A stretch of 64,000 nt of DNA from the human T2T-CHM13v2.0 reference genome, Homo sapiens: assembly GCF_009914755.1 (NCBI RefSeq), contig NC_060935.1. One strand, 5' to 3'. Both the position numbers and the translations under genes were made by a program. The notes under the pieces are model-generated. The model had not been told where the DNA came from and did not search any database. It saw only the letters and a list, made by a program, of their open reading frames with translations. This document shows positions 1 through 23,767 of the stretch, one piece after another (the stretch's first letter is position 1; every line of letters starts with the position of its first letter).

Positions 1-9918
<9,918 letters not shown>

Positions 9919-12900
9919 TAGTATTTCCAAACTGCTGAATGAAAAGAAAGGTTTAAGTCTGCGAGGTGAATGCACACATCATGAAGTGGTTTCTCGAATA
10001 GCTTCCTTCTAATTTTTATCCTGGGAAATTTGCTTTTTCGCCGTTAGCCTCAAGGAGCTTCCAAATGTCCACTTGCAGAATGGACCAAAACTGTTTTTCC
10101 TTAGTACTGTATCAAAAGAAATGTTTAACTTTTTGAGATGAATGCCCACATCACAAAGTCACTTCTCAGAAAGCTTCCTTCTTGTTCTTATCTGAAGATT
10201 ATTCCTTTTTCACCATAGGTCTCAATGCGCTACCAAATATCCCTTCATAGTTTCCACAAAAACACTGTTTCCAAACTGCTGAATGAAAAGAAAAGTTTAA
10301 CTCTGTGAGAGGAATGCACACATCACAAACTGGTTTCTCAGAAGCGTTCTCCTATTTTTTATGGTGGGGCATTCACTTTTTTGCCATTGTCCTCAATGAG
10401 CTCCTAAAATGCCCTTATGCAGAAAAGACAAAGACAGTGTTGCCATACTGCTGAATCCAAAGAAAATTTTAACTCTGTGAGATGAATACTTACATCAAAA
10501 AACAGTTTCTCACAGAGCTTCTTTCTAGTTTTTATCTATCTGAAGATGATTCCTTTTTCACCATATCCTCAATGTGCTCCTAAATATCCTTTCACAGATT
10601 TGACAAAAATAGTGTTTCCAAACTGCCAAATGAAAAAAAAGTTTCAACTCTACAAGATGAATACACACATCTCAAAATGGTTTCTCAGATAACTTCCTTC
10701 TAGTTTTTATCATGGGATATTTCCTTTTTCACCATTGGCCTGTGAGCTCCCAAATATCCATTTACAGAATGGACAAAAACAGTGTTTCTAAACTGCTGAA
10801 TCCACAGAAAGATTTAACTCTATTAGATGAATGCACACATCATGAAACAGTTCCTCAGAAACCTTCTTTTTAGTTTTTATCTGAAGATATTTCCTTTTTC
10901 ACCTTAGGCCTCAATGCACTTGCAAATATCCTGTAACACATTGTACAAAAACAGTGATTCCAAACTGCTGAATGAAAAGAATGGTTTAACTCTGTGAGAT
11001 GAATGCATTCCTCAGAAGTTTCCTTCTACTTTTTATCCAGAGGTATTCACTTTTTTGCCATTGTCCTCAATGAGGTCCCTAATGTCCACATGCAGAATGT
11101 ACAAAAACAATGTTTCAAGACTGCTGAATCCAAAGGAAGTTTTAATTCTGTGAGATGAATGCATAACTCACAAAGCAGTTTTTCAGAAAGCTTATTTCTA
11201 GTTTTTATCTAAAGATGTTTCCTTTTTCACCATAGGACTCAACTTGCACTAAAATATCCCTTCACATGTTCTACAAAAACAGTGTTTCCAAACTGCTGAA
11301 TGAAAAGAAAAGTTTAACACTGTGAGACGAATGCACACGTCACTAAATGGTTTCTCAGATTGCTTCCTTTTAGTTTCTGTGCTGGGTTATTCACTTTTTC
11401 AACTTTGGCCTCAATGAACTCTCAAATGTCCATTTGCAGAATGGACAAAAAGAGTGTTTCCAAACTGCTGAATCAAAAGAAATGTGTAATTCTGGGAGAT
11501 GAATGCACACATCACAAAGCAGTTTCTTAGAAAGCTTATTTCTAGTTTTTATCTGAAGATGTTTCCTTTTTCACCAGAGGCCTCAAGGTGTTCAAAAATA
11601 TAGCACAGCAGTTTCTACAAAAACAGTGGTTCCAATCTGCTGAATGAACTCAAAGATATAAGTCTGCGAGATGAATGCACACCTCACAGTGCTGTTACTG
11701 AGATACCTTCCTTCTAGTTTGAGTACTGGAAATTCACTTTTTATCGATAGGCCTCAATGACCTCCCAAATGTCCATTTGCAGAATGGAAAAAACCAGTTT
11801 TTCCATACTGCTGGATCCAAAGAAAGTCTTACCTCTGTGAGATGAATGCTCACATCACAAAGCAGTTTCTCAGAAACCTTCTTTCTAATTTTTAACTGAA
11901 GATGTTTCCTTTTTCACCATAGGATAAAAGCCTTCCCAAATATCCCCTTGCAGATTCCATGAAAACAGTTTTTCCAAACTGCTGAATGAAAAGAAAGATT
12001 TAACTCTGTGAGATGAATGCACACATCACAAAGCATTCCCTTAGATAGCCTCCTTCTAGTTTGTATCCTCGGGTATTCACTTTTGTGCCATTGGCGTCAA
12101 TGAGGTCACAGATATCCATTCATAGAATGGATAAAAACAGTGTTTCCAGACTGCTGCATCCAAAGACAGGTTTAGCTCTGCGAGATGAATGCACACATCA
12201 CAAAGCAGTTTCTCAGAAAGCTTCTTTCTAGTTTTTAACTGAAGATATTTCCTTTTTCACCATAGGCCTCAATGTGCTCCCAAATGTCCCTTTGAAGATT
12301 CTTAAAAAAGAGTGTTTCCAAACTGTTGAAAGAAAAGAAAGGTTTAACTTTGCAAGATGAATACACACACCACTAAGCTGTTTCTCAGATAGCTTCCTTC
12401 TACTTTTTATACTTAGATATTTGCTTTTTCACATTTGGCACCAATGAGCTCCCAAATGTCCATTTGCAGAATGGACAAAGGGAGTGTTTTCAAACTGCTG
12501 AATCAAGAGAAAGGTTTAACTCTGTGAGATGAATGCTCACATTACAAAGCAGCTTCTCAGAAAACTTCTTTCTAGTTTTTATTTGAAGATGTTTTGTTTT
12601 TCACCATAGGCCTCAATGCACTCCGAAATATCCCTTCACAGATTCTACAAAAACAGTGTTTGCAAACTTCCGAAGGAAAAGAAATATTTAACTCTCTGAG
12701 ATGAATGCACATATCTCAGAGGGGTTTCCCTGATACCTTCCTTCTAGTTTTTATCCAGGGATATTCTGACAAAACAGAGTTTCCAAACTGCTGAATGAAA
12801 AGAAAGGTTTAACTCTGTGAGATGAATGCCCACATCACAAAGCAGTTTCCCAGAGATCTTCCTTCTAGTTTTTATCCTGGGATATTCACTTTTTCACAAT

Positions 12901-13700
12901 TGGCCTCAGTGAGCTCCCAAATGACCATTCGCAGAATAGACAAAAGCAGTGTTTCCAAACTGCAGAATCCAAGGAAAGTTTTAATTGTGAGAAGAAGGCA
13001 CACATCACAAAGCAGTTTCTCTGAGAGCTTCTTTCTAGTTTTTATCTGAAGATATTTCCTTTTCACCATAGGCCACAATACACTCCAAAATACCCCTTCG
13101 CAGATTCTACATAAACAGTGTTACCAAACTGCTGAATGAATAGAAAGGTTTAACTCTGTGAGGTGAATGAACACATCACAAAGTGGCTTCTCACAGAGAT
13201 TCCTTCTAGTTTTTATAGTGGTATATTCACTTTTTCACCATTGGCCTCAATGAATTCCCAAATGTCCATTCACAAAATGGACAAAAACTGTGTTTTCAAC
13301 CTGCTGAACGCAAAGAAATGTTTAACACTGTGAGATGAATGTACATATCAGACATCTGCTTCTCAGAAAGCTTCTTTCTATTTTTTATCTGAAGATGATT
13401 CCTTTTCACCATAGGCCTCAATGTGCTCCCAAATATCCCTTCACAGTTCCTACAAAAACAATGTTTCCAAACTGATGAATGAAAAGTAAAGTTTAACTCT
13501 GCAAGCTGAATGCACACATCACAAATTGGTTTCTTAGATAGCATCATTCTAGCTTTTATCCTGGGATATTTGCTTTTTTGCCATTGGCCTCAATGAGCTC
13601 CCAAATGTCCATTAGCAGAATGGACAAAGCCAGTGTTTCCAAACTGATGAATCCAAAGATATGTTTAACTCTGTGCTGTGAATGCACAAATTACAAAGCA
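9919..13700 (-). repeat. Divergent dimeric alpha satellite
   Basis: Same X/Y ~171-bp monomers, with occasional internal deletions (e.g. near 12765). Confidence 0.97.
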
Positions 13701-13702
13701 GG

Positions 13703-14188
13703 GGAGACAGAGAATATGGAACACAGCAGATACAACTAAATATAGCATTATTAACTTTAAATTTCTGAGCCTGCTCAAAGGCCAGATGTTTTCAGCAGCT
13801 GAACAGCACCTACAGAAACCAGCTACAAAGACAGAAGCAGAATAACTGATTTGGCAGAGAGATCTGATTAGAAAATGTTGGGAAATAGGCAAAATCATAA
13901 CTTGGGGTAGAGGTTATGCTTGTGTTTCTCTAGGCCAAAATCAACACCAGATTTGGTTACTATCAAGACACCTGAAACCTTATCATGAACAAGATTCTGA
14001 GGAGGAGACTCTGGGAGGATCCCGAGGACCCCCTGGTTGCAGCCATGTTGAGACTGATGCTGAGGTGGAGTCCAACTGTCATGAGCAACACCCATCAAAC
14101 ACAGCCACCAACCCGGGAACAGATCAAGAAGTTGTCACAGATGGAGGAAGAAAACCTGAGAAAAGTGGGACAACCAGTCACACTGTAT
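13703..14188 (+). pseudogene. pol: Retroviral pol (integrase C-terminal part), disrupted
   Basis: Frameshift near 13763 and in-frame TAA near 13843; the WGRGYACVS motif lies at ~13903-13929. Confidence 0.8.
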
Positions 14189-14745
14189 AATTTAATGGTA
14201 GCTATGATAGCAGTTATTACCACTGTCAGGAGCATTCCTTCAAGAAGGGCTGACACAGGAACAATTATACTTATTGGGCATATTGATCAATCTTGGCTGG
14301 CAATAATGCCTGAATGCAATCACTCTATGATGCAGTTAAACAAGCTCTCTGATCTCAGTATTTACCATAATAAATCTGCTCCTATAATTGAGGCCTACCT
14401 CCCTCAATAACCTATTTGTAAACAAAATTGAACCTGGCCAGAAAATATGAACGTACTTGTTTAGGAAGATTGCATTGCAGAACAGGCAGAAATGCTGGAC
14501 AATGATACCTGTGGAATCATTATTGATTGATCCCCTAAGGGGACGTTTAACTTGAATTGCACCTCTCAGTCTACATGTCATGGCCACACTATGTTTAGCT
14601 GGTCTGAACAAAATGGTCGGATGGTAGATATAATAAAAGTATGGGAAGAGTTCCTATTATCTGGAATCATGGCAGTATAGTGGATTTGTGGAAACTATTA
14701 ATAGTTTCCTGGCTTTGCTTTTGTCAATTTGCAAATCAAAGAACT
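13985..14745 (+). pseudogene. env: Retroviral env remnant: signal peptide and start of SU joined to the extreme 3' end
   Basis: ORF 13985-14410 carries a HERV-K-like signal peptide and frameshifts before NYTYWAY. Only ~0.75 kb separates the env start from the LTR, versus ~2 kb for a full env, implying a large internal deletion at roughly 14683. Confidence 0.75.
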
Positions 14746-14751
14746 GGGACA

Positions 14752-15265
14752 TGTTGGGAGCAAGACCCAAAATCCAGCCATAAACTGGCCCCAAAACTGG
14801 CCATAAACAAAATATCTGCAGCACTGTCACATGTTCATGATGGCCCTAATGCCCATGCTGGAAGGTTCTGGGTTTACTGGAATGAAGGCATGGGACATCT
14901 GGCTTGCCCAAGGCAGAAAACAGCTTAAAGTCATTCTTAAACTGCAAACAATAGCATGAGCGGAGTGGTCTGTGCCTTAATGGCATGCTTCTGCAGCAGA
15001 TGACTAGCCAGATCCACAACTTTATTTCAGCCCATCCCTTCGTTTCCAATAAGGGATACTTTTAGCTACTCAAATATCTGTAGAAACAATGCTAATGATT
15101 GGTTTGCTGTTATTAAACTTGTCAGTAAATCTCTGTTTGGAGCTCTCAGCTCCGAAGGATGTGAGACCCTTGATTTCCCACTTCACCCCTCTATATTTCT
15201 CTGTGTGTCTTTAATTCCTCTAGCGTTGCTGGGTTAGGGTCTCCCCAACTGAGGTGGTCTCAGCA
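14752..15265 (+). mobile_element. MER9-type LTR (3' LTR of HML-3)
   Basis: 514 bp with TG...CA termini (TGTTGGGAGCAAG ... GGTCTCAGCA), the characteristic internal repeat GCCATAAACTGGCCCCAAAACTGGCCATAAAC, and a candidate poly(A) signal ATTAAA at 15112-15117. Confidence 0.9.
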
Positions 15266-18200
15266 ATGTTTCCTTTTACACCATAGTCATCAGTGTGCTC
15301 CCAAATATTTCTTCACAGATTCTACAAAAACAGAGTTTCCAAAATGTTGAATGAAAAGAAAATGTTTAAATCTGCGAGATGAATGCACACATCACAAAGA
15401 ATTTTATCAGCTAGCTTCCTTCCAGTTTTTATCCTGGGATATTTGATTTTTCACCGTTGGCCTAAATGAGCTTACAGATGTCCATTTGCAGAATGGACAA
15501 AAACAGTGTTTCCAAACTGCTGAAACAAAAGAAAGCTTTAACTCTGAGAGATGAATGCACACATCAAAAAGAGGTTTCTCAGAAAGTTTTCTCTAATTTT
15601 TATCTGAAGATATTTCCTTTTTCAACATAGGCATCTATGCGCTCCCAAATATTCTATGAGAGATTTTACAAAAACGCTGTTTCCAAACTGCTGAATGAAA
15701 AGAGTTGTTTAACTGTGTGAGATGAATGCACACATCACAAAGTGGTTTCTCAGATATCTTCCTTCTAGTATTAGTATGGGATATTCCTTTTTTCACCATT
15801 GGCCTCAATGAGCTCCCAAATGTTCATTTGCAGAATACGCAAAAACAGTGTTTCCAAACTGGTGAATCAAAAGAAATGTTAAACTCTGTTACTTAAATAC
15901 ACACATCACAAAACAAGTTCTCAGAAAGCTTCTTTCTAGTTTTTATCTGAAGTTATTTTCTTTTTCACTTTAGGCCTCAATGCACTCCCAAATATCCCTT
16001 CACAGTTTGTACAAAAACAGTGTTTCCAAACTGCTGAATGAAAAGAAATGTTTAAATCTGTGAGATGAATGCACACATCACACAGCGGTTTTTCAGATAG
16101 TGTCCTTCCAGTTTTTATCCTGGGCTACTCAAGTTTTGGCATTGGCCTCAATGAGCTCCCAAATGTCCATTTGCAGAATGGACAAAAATAGTGTTTCCAA
16201 ACTGATGAATCAAAATAAAAGTTTAACTCTATGAGATGAATGCACACATCACAAAGCTGTTTCTCAGAAAATTTCTTTCTAGTTTTTATCTGAAGATGTT
16301 TCCATTTTTCACCATAGGTCTCAATGTGCTCCCAAAAGTCCATTAGCAGAATAGACAAAAAGAGTGTTTCCAAACTGATGGATCAAAAGAAAGGTTTAAC
16401 TCTGTAAGATGAATGCACACATCACAAAGCAGTTTCTCAGAAAGCTTCTTATAGTTTTTATCTGAAGAAGTTTTCTTTTTCACCATAGGCCTCAATGTGC
16501 TCCCAAATATCCCTTCGCAGATTCTACAGAAACAGTGTTTCCCAACTGCTGAATGAAGTGAAAGTTTTAACTCTGTGACATTAATGAACACATTACAAAA
16601 CGATTTCTTAAGTAACTTCCTTTTAGTTTTTAATATGGGATATTTCCTTTTTCACCATTGGCCTCAGTGAGCTCCCAAACATCAATTTGCAGAATGGACA
16701 AAAACTGTTTCCAAACTGCTGAATCAAAAGAAAGTTTTACCTCTGTGAGAAAAATGTACACAACACAAAGCCATTTCTCAGAAAACTTCTTTCTAGTTTT
16801 TATCTGAAGATGTTTCCTTTTTCACCATAGGTCTCAATGCACTCCCAAATATCCACTCAGAGATTCTAAAAAAAGTGTTTCCAAACTGCTGAATGAAAAG
16901 AAAGGTTTAACTCTGGGAGGTCAATGCACACATCAGAGAGCAGTTTCTCAGGTAGCTTCCTTCGAGTTTTTATCCAGAGATACTTGCTTTTTCACCATTG
17001 GCCTCAATGAGCTCCCTAATATCCATAAGCAGAATGGGCAATAATACTGTTTCAAAGCTGCTGAATCCAAAGAAAATTTAAATCTGTGAGACCAATGCAC
17101 ACATCATGAAGCAGTTTCTCAGAAATCTTCTTTCTAGTTTTTATCCAAAGATATTTACTTTTCTCCATAGGCTTCAGTGCACTCGCATATATCCCTGTGA
17201 AGATACAAAAAAAAAAAAAAACAGTGTTGCTGAACTGCTGAATGAAAAGAAAGGTTTAACTCAGCGAGATTAATGCACTCATCAGAAAGCAAATTCTCAG
17301 ATAGCTTCCTTCTAGTTTTTATCCTGGGATATTCTTTTTTTCGCCATTTGCCTCAAGAGTTCCCAAATGTCCATTCGCAGAGTGGACAAAGCCAGTGTTT
17401 CCAAACTGATGAATCCAAAGAAATGTTTAACTCTGTGAGGTGAATGCACACATCACAAAGCAGTGTCTCAGAAAGGTTATTTCTAGTTTTTAACTGAAGA
17501 TATATTCTTCTTCACCTTAGGCTTCTAGAAACATCCCCTTCCGAAATATCCCCTAGCAGCTTCTACAAATATATTTTTTCCAAACTGCTGAAGGAAGAAA
17601 CAGGTTTAACTCTGTGAGATGGATGTACACATCACAAACCATTTCCTCAGATAGATTCCTTCTTGTTTTTATCCCAGGATATTTTCTTTTTCACCATTGG
17701 CCTCAATGAGCTCCCAAACGTCCATTTGCAGAATAGACAAAAAGAGTGTTTCTAAACTGCTGAATCCAAAGAAATTTTAACTCTGTGAGATGAATGCACA
17801 CATCACTAAGCAGTTTCTTAGAAAGCTTCTTTCTAGTTTTTATCTGAAGATGTTTCCTTTTGCAACATAAACCTCAAAGAGCTCCAATATATCCCTTTGC
17901 AGATTCCACAAAAACAGGGTTTCCAAACTGCTGAATGAAAAGAAAGGTTTTACTCTCTGAGATTCTACCAAAGCATTATTTCCAGACTGCTGAATGAAAA
18001 GAAAGCTTTAACTTGGCAAGGCGAATGAATACATCACAAAGCAGGTTCTCAGATATCTTCTTTCTAGTTTTTATCCTGGGATATTCACTTTTTCGCCATT
18101 GGCTTCAATGAGCTCCCAAATGTCCATTCACAGAATGGACAATAACGGTGTTTCCAAACTGCTGAATGCACAGAAACGTTTAACTCTGTTAGGTGAATGC

Positions 18201-21072
18201 AAACATCACAAAGCAGTTTCTCAGAAAGCTTCTTTCTAGTTTTTATCTGAAGATATTTCCTTTTTCACCATAGGCCTCAAGGTGCTCCCAAATATCCCTT
18301 AGCAGATTCTGTGAAAACAGTGTTTCCAAACCACTGAATGAAAGGCAAGGTTTAACTCTGAGACTTGAATGTACACATCACAAAACAGTTTCTCAAAGAG
18401 CTTCCTTCTATTTTTTGCCCTGGGATATTCGATTTTTGCCTTTGGCCTCAAAGAGCTCCCAAATGTACATTTTCAGAAAGGATTAAAAACAGTTTTTGCA
18501 AGCTCCTTAACCCAATAAAAGGTTGAACTCTGTGAGATGAATGCACATATCATAAAGCAGTTACTCTGAAGGCTTCTTTCTAATTTTTATCTGAAGGTAT
18601 TTCCTTTTTCACCATATGCCTCAAAGTGCTCCCAAATAACCCTACATAGATTCCAGGAAAACAGTGTTTCCAAACTGCTGAATGAAAAGAAAGGTTTATC
18701 TCTGTTAGTTGAATACACAAATCATGAAGCATTTTCTCATATAGCTTCTTTCCAATTTTTAAACTGAAGAGATTTCCTCTTTCACCATAAGCCTCAATGC
18801 TGCCCCAGATTTCACTCTGCAGGTTCTAAGAAAACAGTGTTTCCAGACTGCTGAATGAAAAGTAAGTTTTATCTCTGTGAAGTGAAAGCAAACATCACAA
18901 AGTGGTTTCTCAGATAGCTTCTTTCAATTTTTTAATCCTTTGATATTCGCTGTTTTGCCATTGGAGTCAATGAGCTCCCAAATGTCCATTCACAGAACGG
19001 ACAAAAACAGTGTTTGGAAACTTCAGAATCCAGAGAAATGTTTACTTCCATGAGGTGAATGTGCACATCACCAAGGAGTTTATCAGAAAGCTTCTTTCTA
19101 GTTTTTATCTGAAGATATTTCCTTTTTCACCATAGGCCTCAAGTCACACCAAGATATCACTCCACACATTCTACGAAAACAGTTTTTCCAAAATGCTGAG
19201 TTAAAAGAAAGGTTTAACTCTGCAACATGAATGGACACATCAAAAAGTGGTTTCTCAAATAGCTTCCTACCAGTTTTTTTCTGTGATATTTGCTTTTTCA
19301 CCTTTGGCCTCAATGAGCTCCCAAATATTACTTTACAGATAATAAAACAACAGTGTTTCCAAACTGCTGAATTCAATGAAATGTTTAACTCTGTGACATG
19401 AATGTACACATTGCAAAGCATTTTCTCAGAAAAATTCTTATTAGTTTTTATCTGAATATATTTTCTTGTTCAGTATAGGCATAATGCACTTCCAAATATC
19501 CCTTCACAGATTCTGCCAAAAGAGTGTTTCCAGACTGCTGTATGAAAATAAAGTTTTAACTTTGTGAAATGAATGCAATCATCACAAAGTGGTTTCTCAG
19601 ATAACTGCTTTCTAGATTTATCCTGGGATGTTCACTTTTTGGCCACTTGCCTCAATGAGCTCCTAAATGTCCATTCCCAAAATAGACAAAAACAGTTTGT
19701 GCAAACTGCTGAATCCACAGAAAGGTTTACTTCAGTGAAGTGAATGCACACGTCACAAAGTAGTTTCTCAGAAAGCTTCTTTCTAGTTTTTTTCTGAAGA
19801 TATTTCCTCTTTCACCATACCCCTCAATGTGCTCACAGATTTCCCATCTCAGATTCTAGGAAAACAGTGTTTCCAAATTGCTGAATGAAAAGAAAATTTT
19901 ATCTCTCCAAGGTGAATGCTCACATCACAAAGCAGTTTCTCAAATACCTTCCTTGTAGTTTTCATCCTGGGATATTCACTTTTTTGCCATTGACCACAAA
20001 AGTTCCCAAAAGTCCAGTCACAGACTGAACAAAAACTGTGTTTGCAAACTACTGAATTCACAGAAATGTTGAACTCTGTGAGAATAATGCATGCATCGCA
20101 AAGCAGTTTCTCAAAATGCTTCTTTCTAGTTTTTATCTTAAGCTATTTCCATTTTCACCATAGGCCTCAATGTGCTCCCAAATACTACTTCGTAGATTCT
20201 ATGAAAACCATGCTTCCCAACTGCTGAATGAAAATAAAGTCTTATCTCTGGGAGATGAATGCACACATGACAAAGTGGTTTCTCAGATAGCTTCCTTCTA
20301 TTTTTTTTTCCTGGGATATTCGCTTTCTTGCCTTTGGCCTCATTAAGCTTCAAAATTTCCCCTCACAGATTGTAAAAAAACAGTGTTTCCAAACTGCTGA
20401 ATCCAAATAAAATTTAACTCTATGGGATAAATGAATATATCACAAAACAGTTTCTCAGAAAGCTTCTTACCAGTTTTTATCAGATGATATTTCCTTTTTC
20501 AGCATAAGCTTCAATGTGCTTCCAGATATCCATTCACAGATTCTGCCAAAAGAGTGTTTCCAGACTACAAAATGAAAAGAAGGGTTTATCTCTGTGAAGT
20601 GAATGCACACATCACAAAGCAGTTTCTCCAAGATAGCATCCTTCTAGTTTTATCCTGGGATATTCCCTTTTTCTTCATTGGCCTCATTGTGCTCCCAAAT
20701 GTCCACATACAGAATGGACAACACCAGTGTTTGCAAACTGCTGAATCCACAGAAAGGTTTAACACTGTGAGATGAAGGCACACGTCACAAAGAAGTTCCT
20801 CAGAGAGCTTCTTTCTAGTTTTTATCTGAAGATACTTCCTTTTTCACCCTAGTCCTCAATGCAATCCCAGATATCTCTTTGCAGAATCTACAAAAACTGT
20901 TTCCAAACTGCTGAATGAAAAGACAAGTTTAAATCTGTGAGATGAATACACACATCACAAGGCTGTTTCTCAAGTCGTTTTCTTCTAGTTTTTATCCTGG
21001 GATATTCCCTTTTTTGCCTTTGTCCTCAATGAGGTCCCAAATATCCCTTCACTGATTCTACAACAAGAGTGT
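15266..21072 (-). repeat. Divergent dimeric alpha satellite
   Basis: X/Y monomers resume at ATGTTTCCTTTTACACCATAG immediately after the LTR. Confidence 0.97.
21062..21072. repeat. Left target-site duplication of the L1 complex (partner 23768-23778)
   Basis: AACAAGAGTGT versus AACAACAGTGT, 10/11 identical; the same monomer position occurs on both sides of the insertion. Confidence 0.7.
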
Positions 21073-21170
21073 CTTTTTTCTTTCTAACATTTGGGATTTA
21101 TTTAATGCAAATCTAATAGTATTCAGGATTAGCCAGTTATGATAATCAGACTGGTAGGATAATTTTCAGC
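21073..21170 (-). other. Probable L1 3' transduction: 85 bp of non-satellite, non-L1 DNA with its own poly(A) signal and decayed tail
   Basis: Unique sequence 21086-21170 lies between the L1 T10 tract (21171-21180) and a second T-rich tract (21074-21085). TTTATT at 21097-21102 is AATAAA on the minus strand, ~12 nt from the second tail. Confidence 0.75.
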
Positions 21171-21738
21171 TTTTTTTTTTAAATATATACTTTAAGTTCT
21201 GGGTTACATGTGCAGAACATGTAGTTTTGTTACATAGGTATAAATGTGCCATAGTGGTTTGCTGCACACATCAATCCGTCACCTACATTAGGTATTTCTC
21301 CTAATGTTATCCCTCCCCTAGCTCCCCACCCCCTATAGGTCCCTGTGTGTGATGTTCCCTCACTCTGTTCTTGTATTCTCATTGTTCAACTCCCACTTAT
21401 GTGTGAGAACATGCAGTGTTTTGTTTTCTGATCTTGTGGTAGTTTGCTGAGAATGATGGTTTCCAGCTTTATTCATGCCCCTGCAAAGGACATGAACTCC
21501 TCCTTTTTTGTGGCTGCATAGTATTCCATGGAGTACATGTGCCACATTTTCTTAATGCAGTCTATCATTGATGGACATTTGGGTTGTTTCCAAGTCTTTG
21601 CTTTTGTGAATAGTGCTGCAATAAACAAACATGGTTTACAGTTCTTTGGGTATATGCCCAGTAATGGGATTGCTGGGTCAAATGGTATTTCTATTTCTAG
21701 ATCCTTGAGGAATTGCCACACTGTCTTCCACAATGGTT

Positions 21739-21741
<3 letters not shown>
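21171..21741 (-). mobile_element. Old LINE-1 3' end, L1PA7/L1PA8-like
   Basis: Reverse-complement 3' UTR (TTTAAGTTCTGGGTTACATGTGCAGAAC...TTACATAGGTAT...GGTTTGCTGC) and the ORF2 C-terminus (ORF 21473-21733: [29 protein letters not shown]). More diverged than the other two L1s, with a ~24-bp internal deletion near 21633. Confidence 0.88.
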
Positions 21742-23713
<1,972 letters not shown>

Positions 23714-23767
23714 AAAAATTCAGGAAACAACAGATGCTGGAGAGGTTGTAGAAAAATAGGAATATTT
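23714..23767 (+). mobile_element. Short L1 ORF2 piece of old type; probable inverted 5' segment of the L1PA7/8-like element
   Basis: AAAAATTCAGGAAACAACAGATGCTGGAGAGGTTGTAGAAAAATAGGAAT matches L1 ORF2 ending ~30 nt upstream of where the minus-strand piece starts. It has older-type bases (CAGATGC, GGAAT) unlike the adjacent L1PA4 copy (CAGGTGC, GGAAC at 23043-23075). Confidence 0.75.

Larger units (their letters stand above)
13695..14751 (+). mobile_element. HERV-K(HML-3)/HERVK9 internal remnant: integrase C-terminus plus deleted env
   Basis: Manual translation gives QLNIALLTLNF, SAAEQHL and [17 protein letters not shown], typical of a betaretroviral integrase C-terminus. These are followed by an env leader ([12 protein letters not shown]...LMVAMIAVITT) and NNYTYWAY in another frame. 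A degenerate polypurine tract (AAAGAACTGGGACA) precedes the LTR. Confidence 0.88.

Noticed and set aside
14641-14928. 95-aa ORF spanning the env remnant and LTR as a possible accessory gene
   Set aside because: It appears to be a chance fusion across the env deletion into LTR sequence, with no recognisable motif or splice support.
17207-17221. A15 run as a possible retroposed poly(A) insertion
   Set aside because: It sits at the normal AAAAAC tract of the monomer with no TSD or attached sequence; simple slippage explains it.
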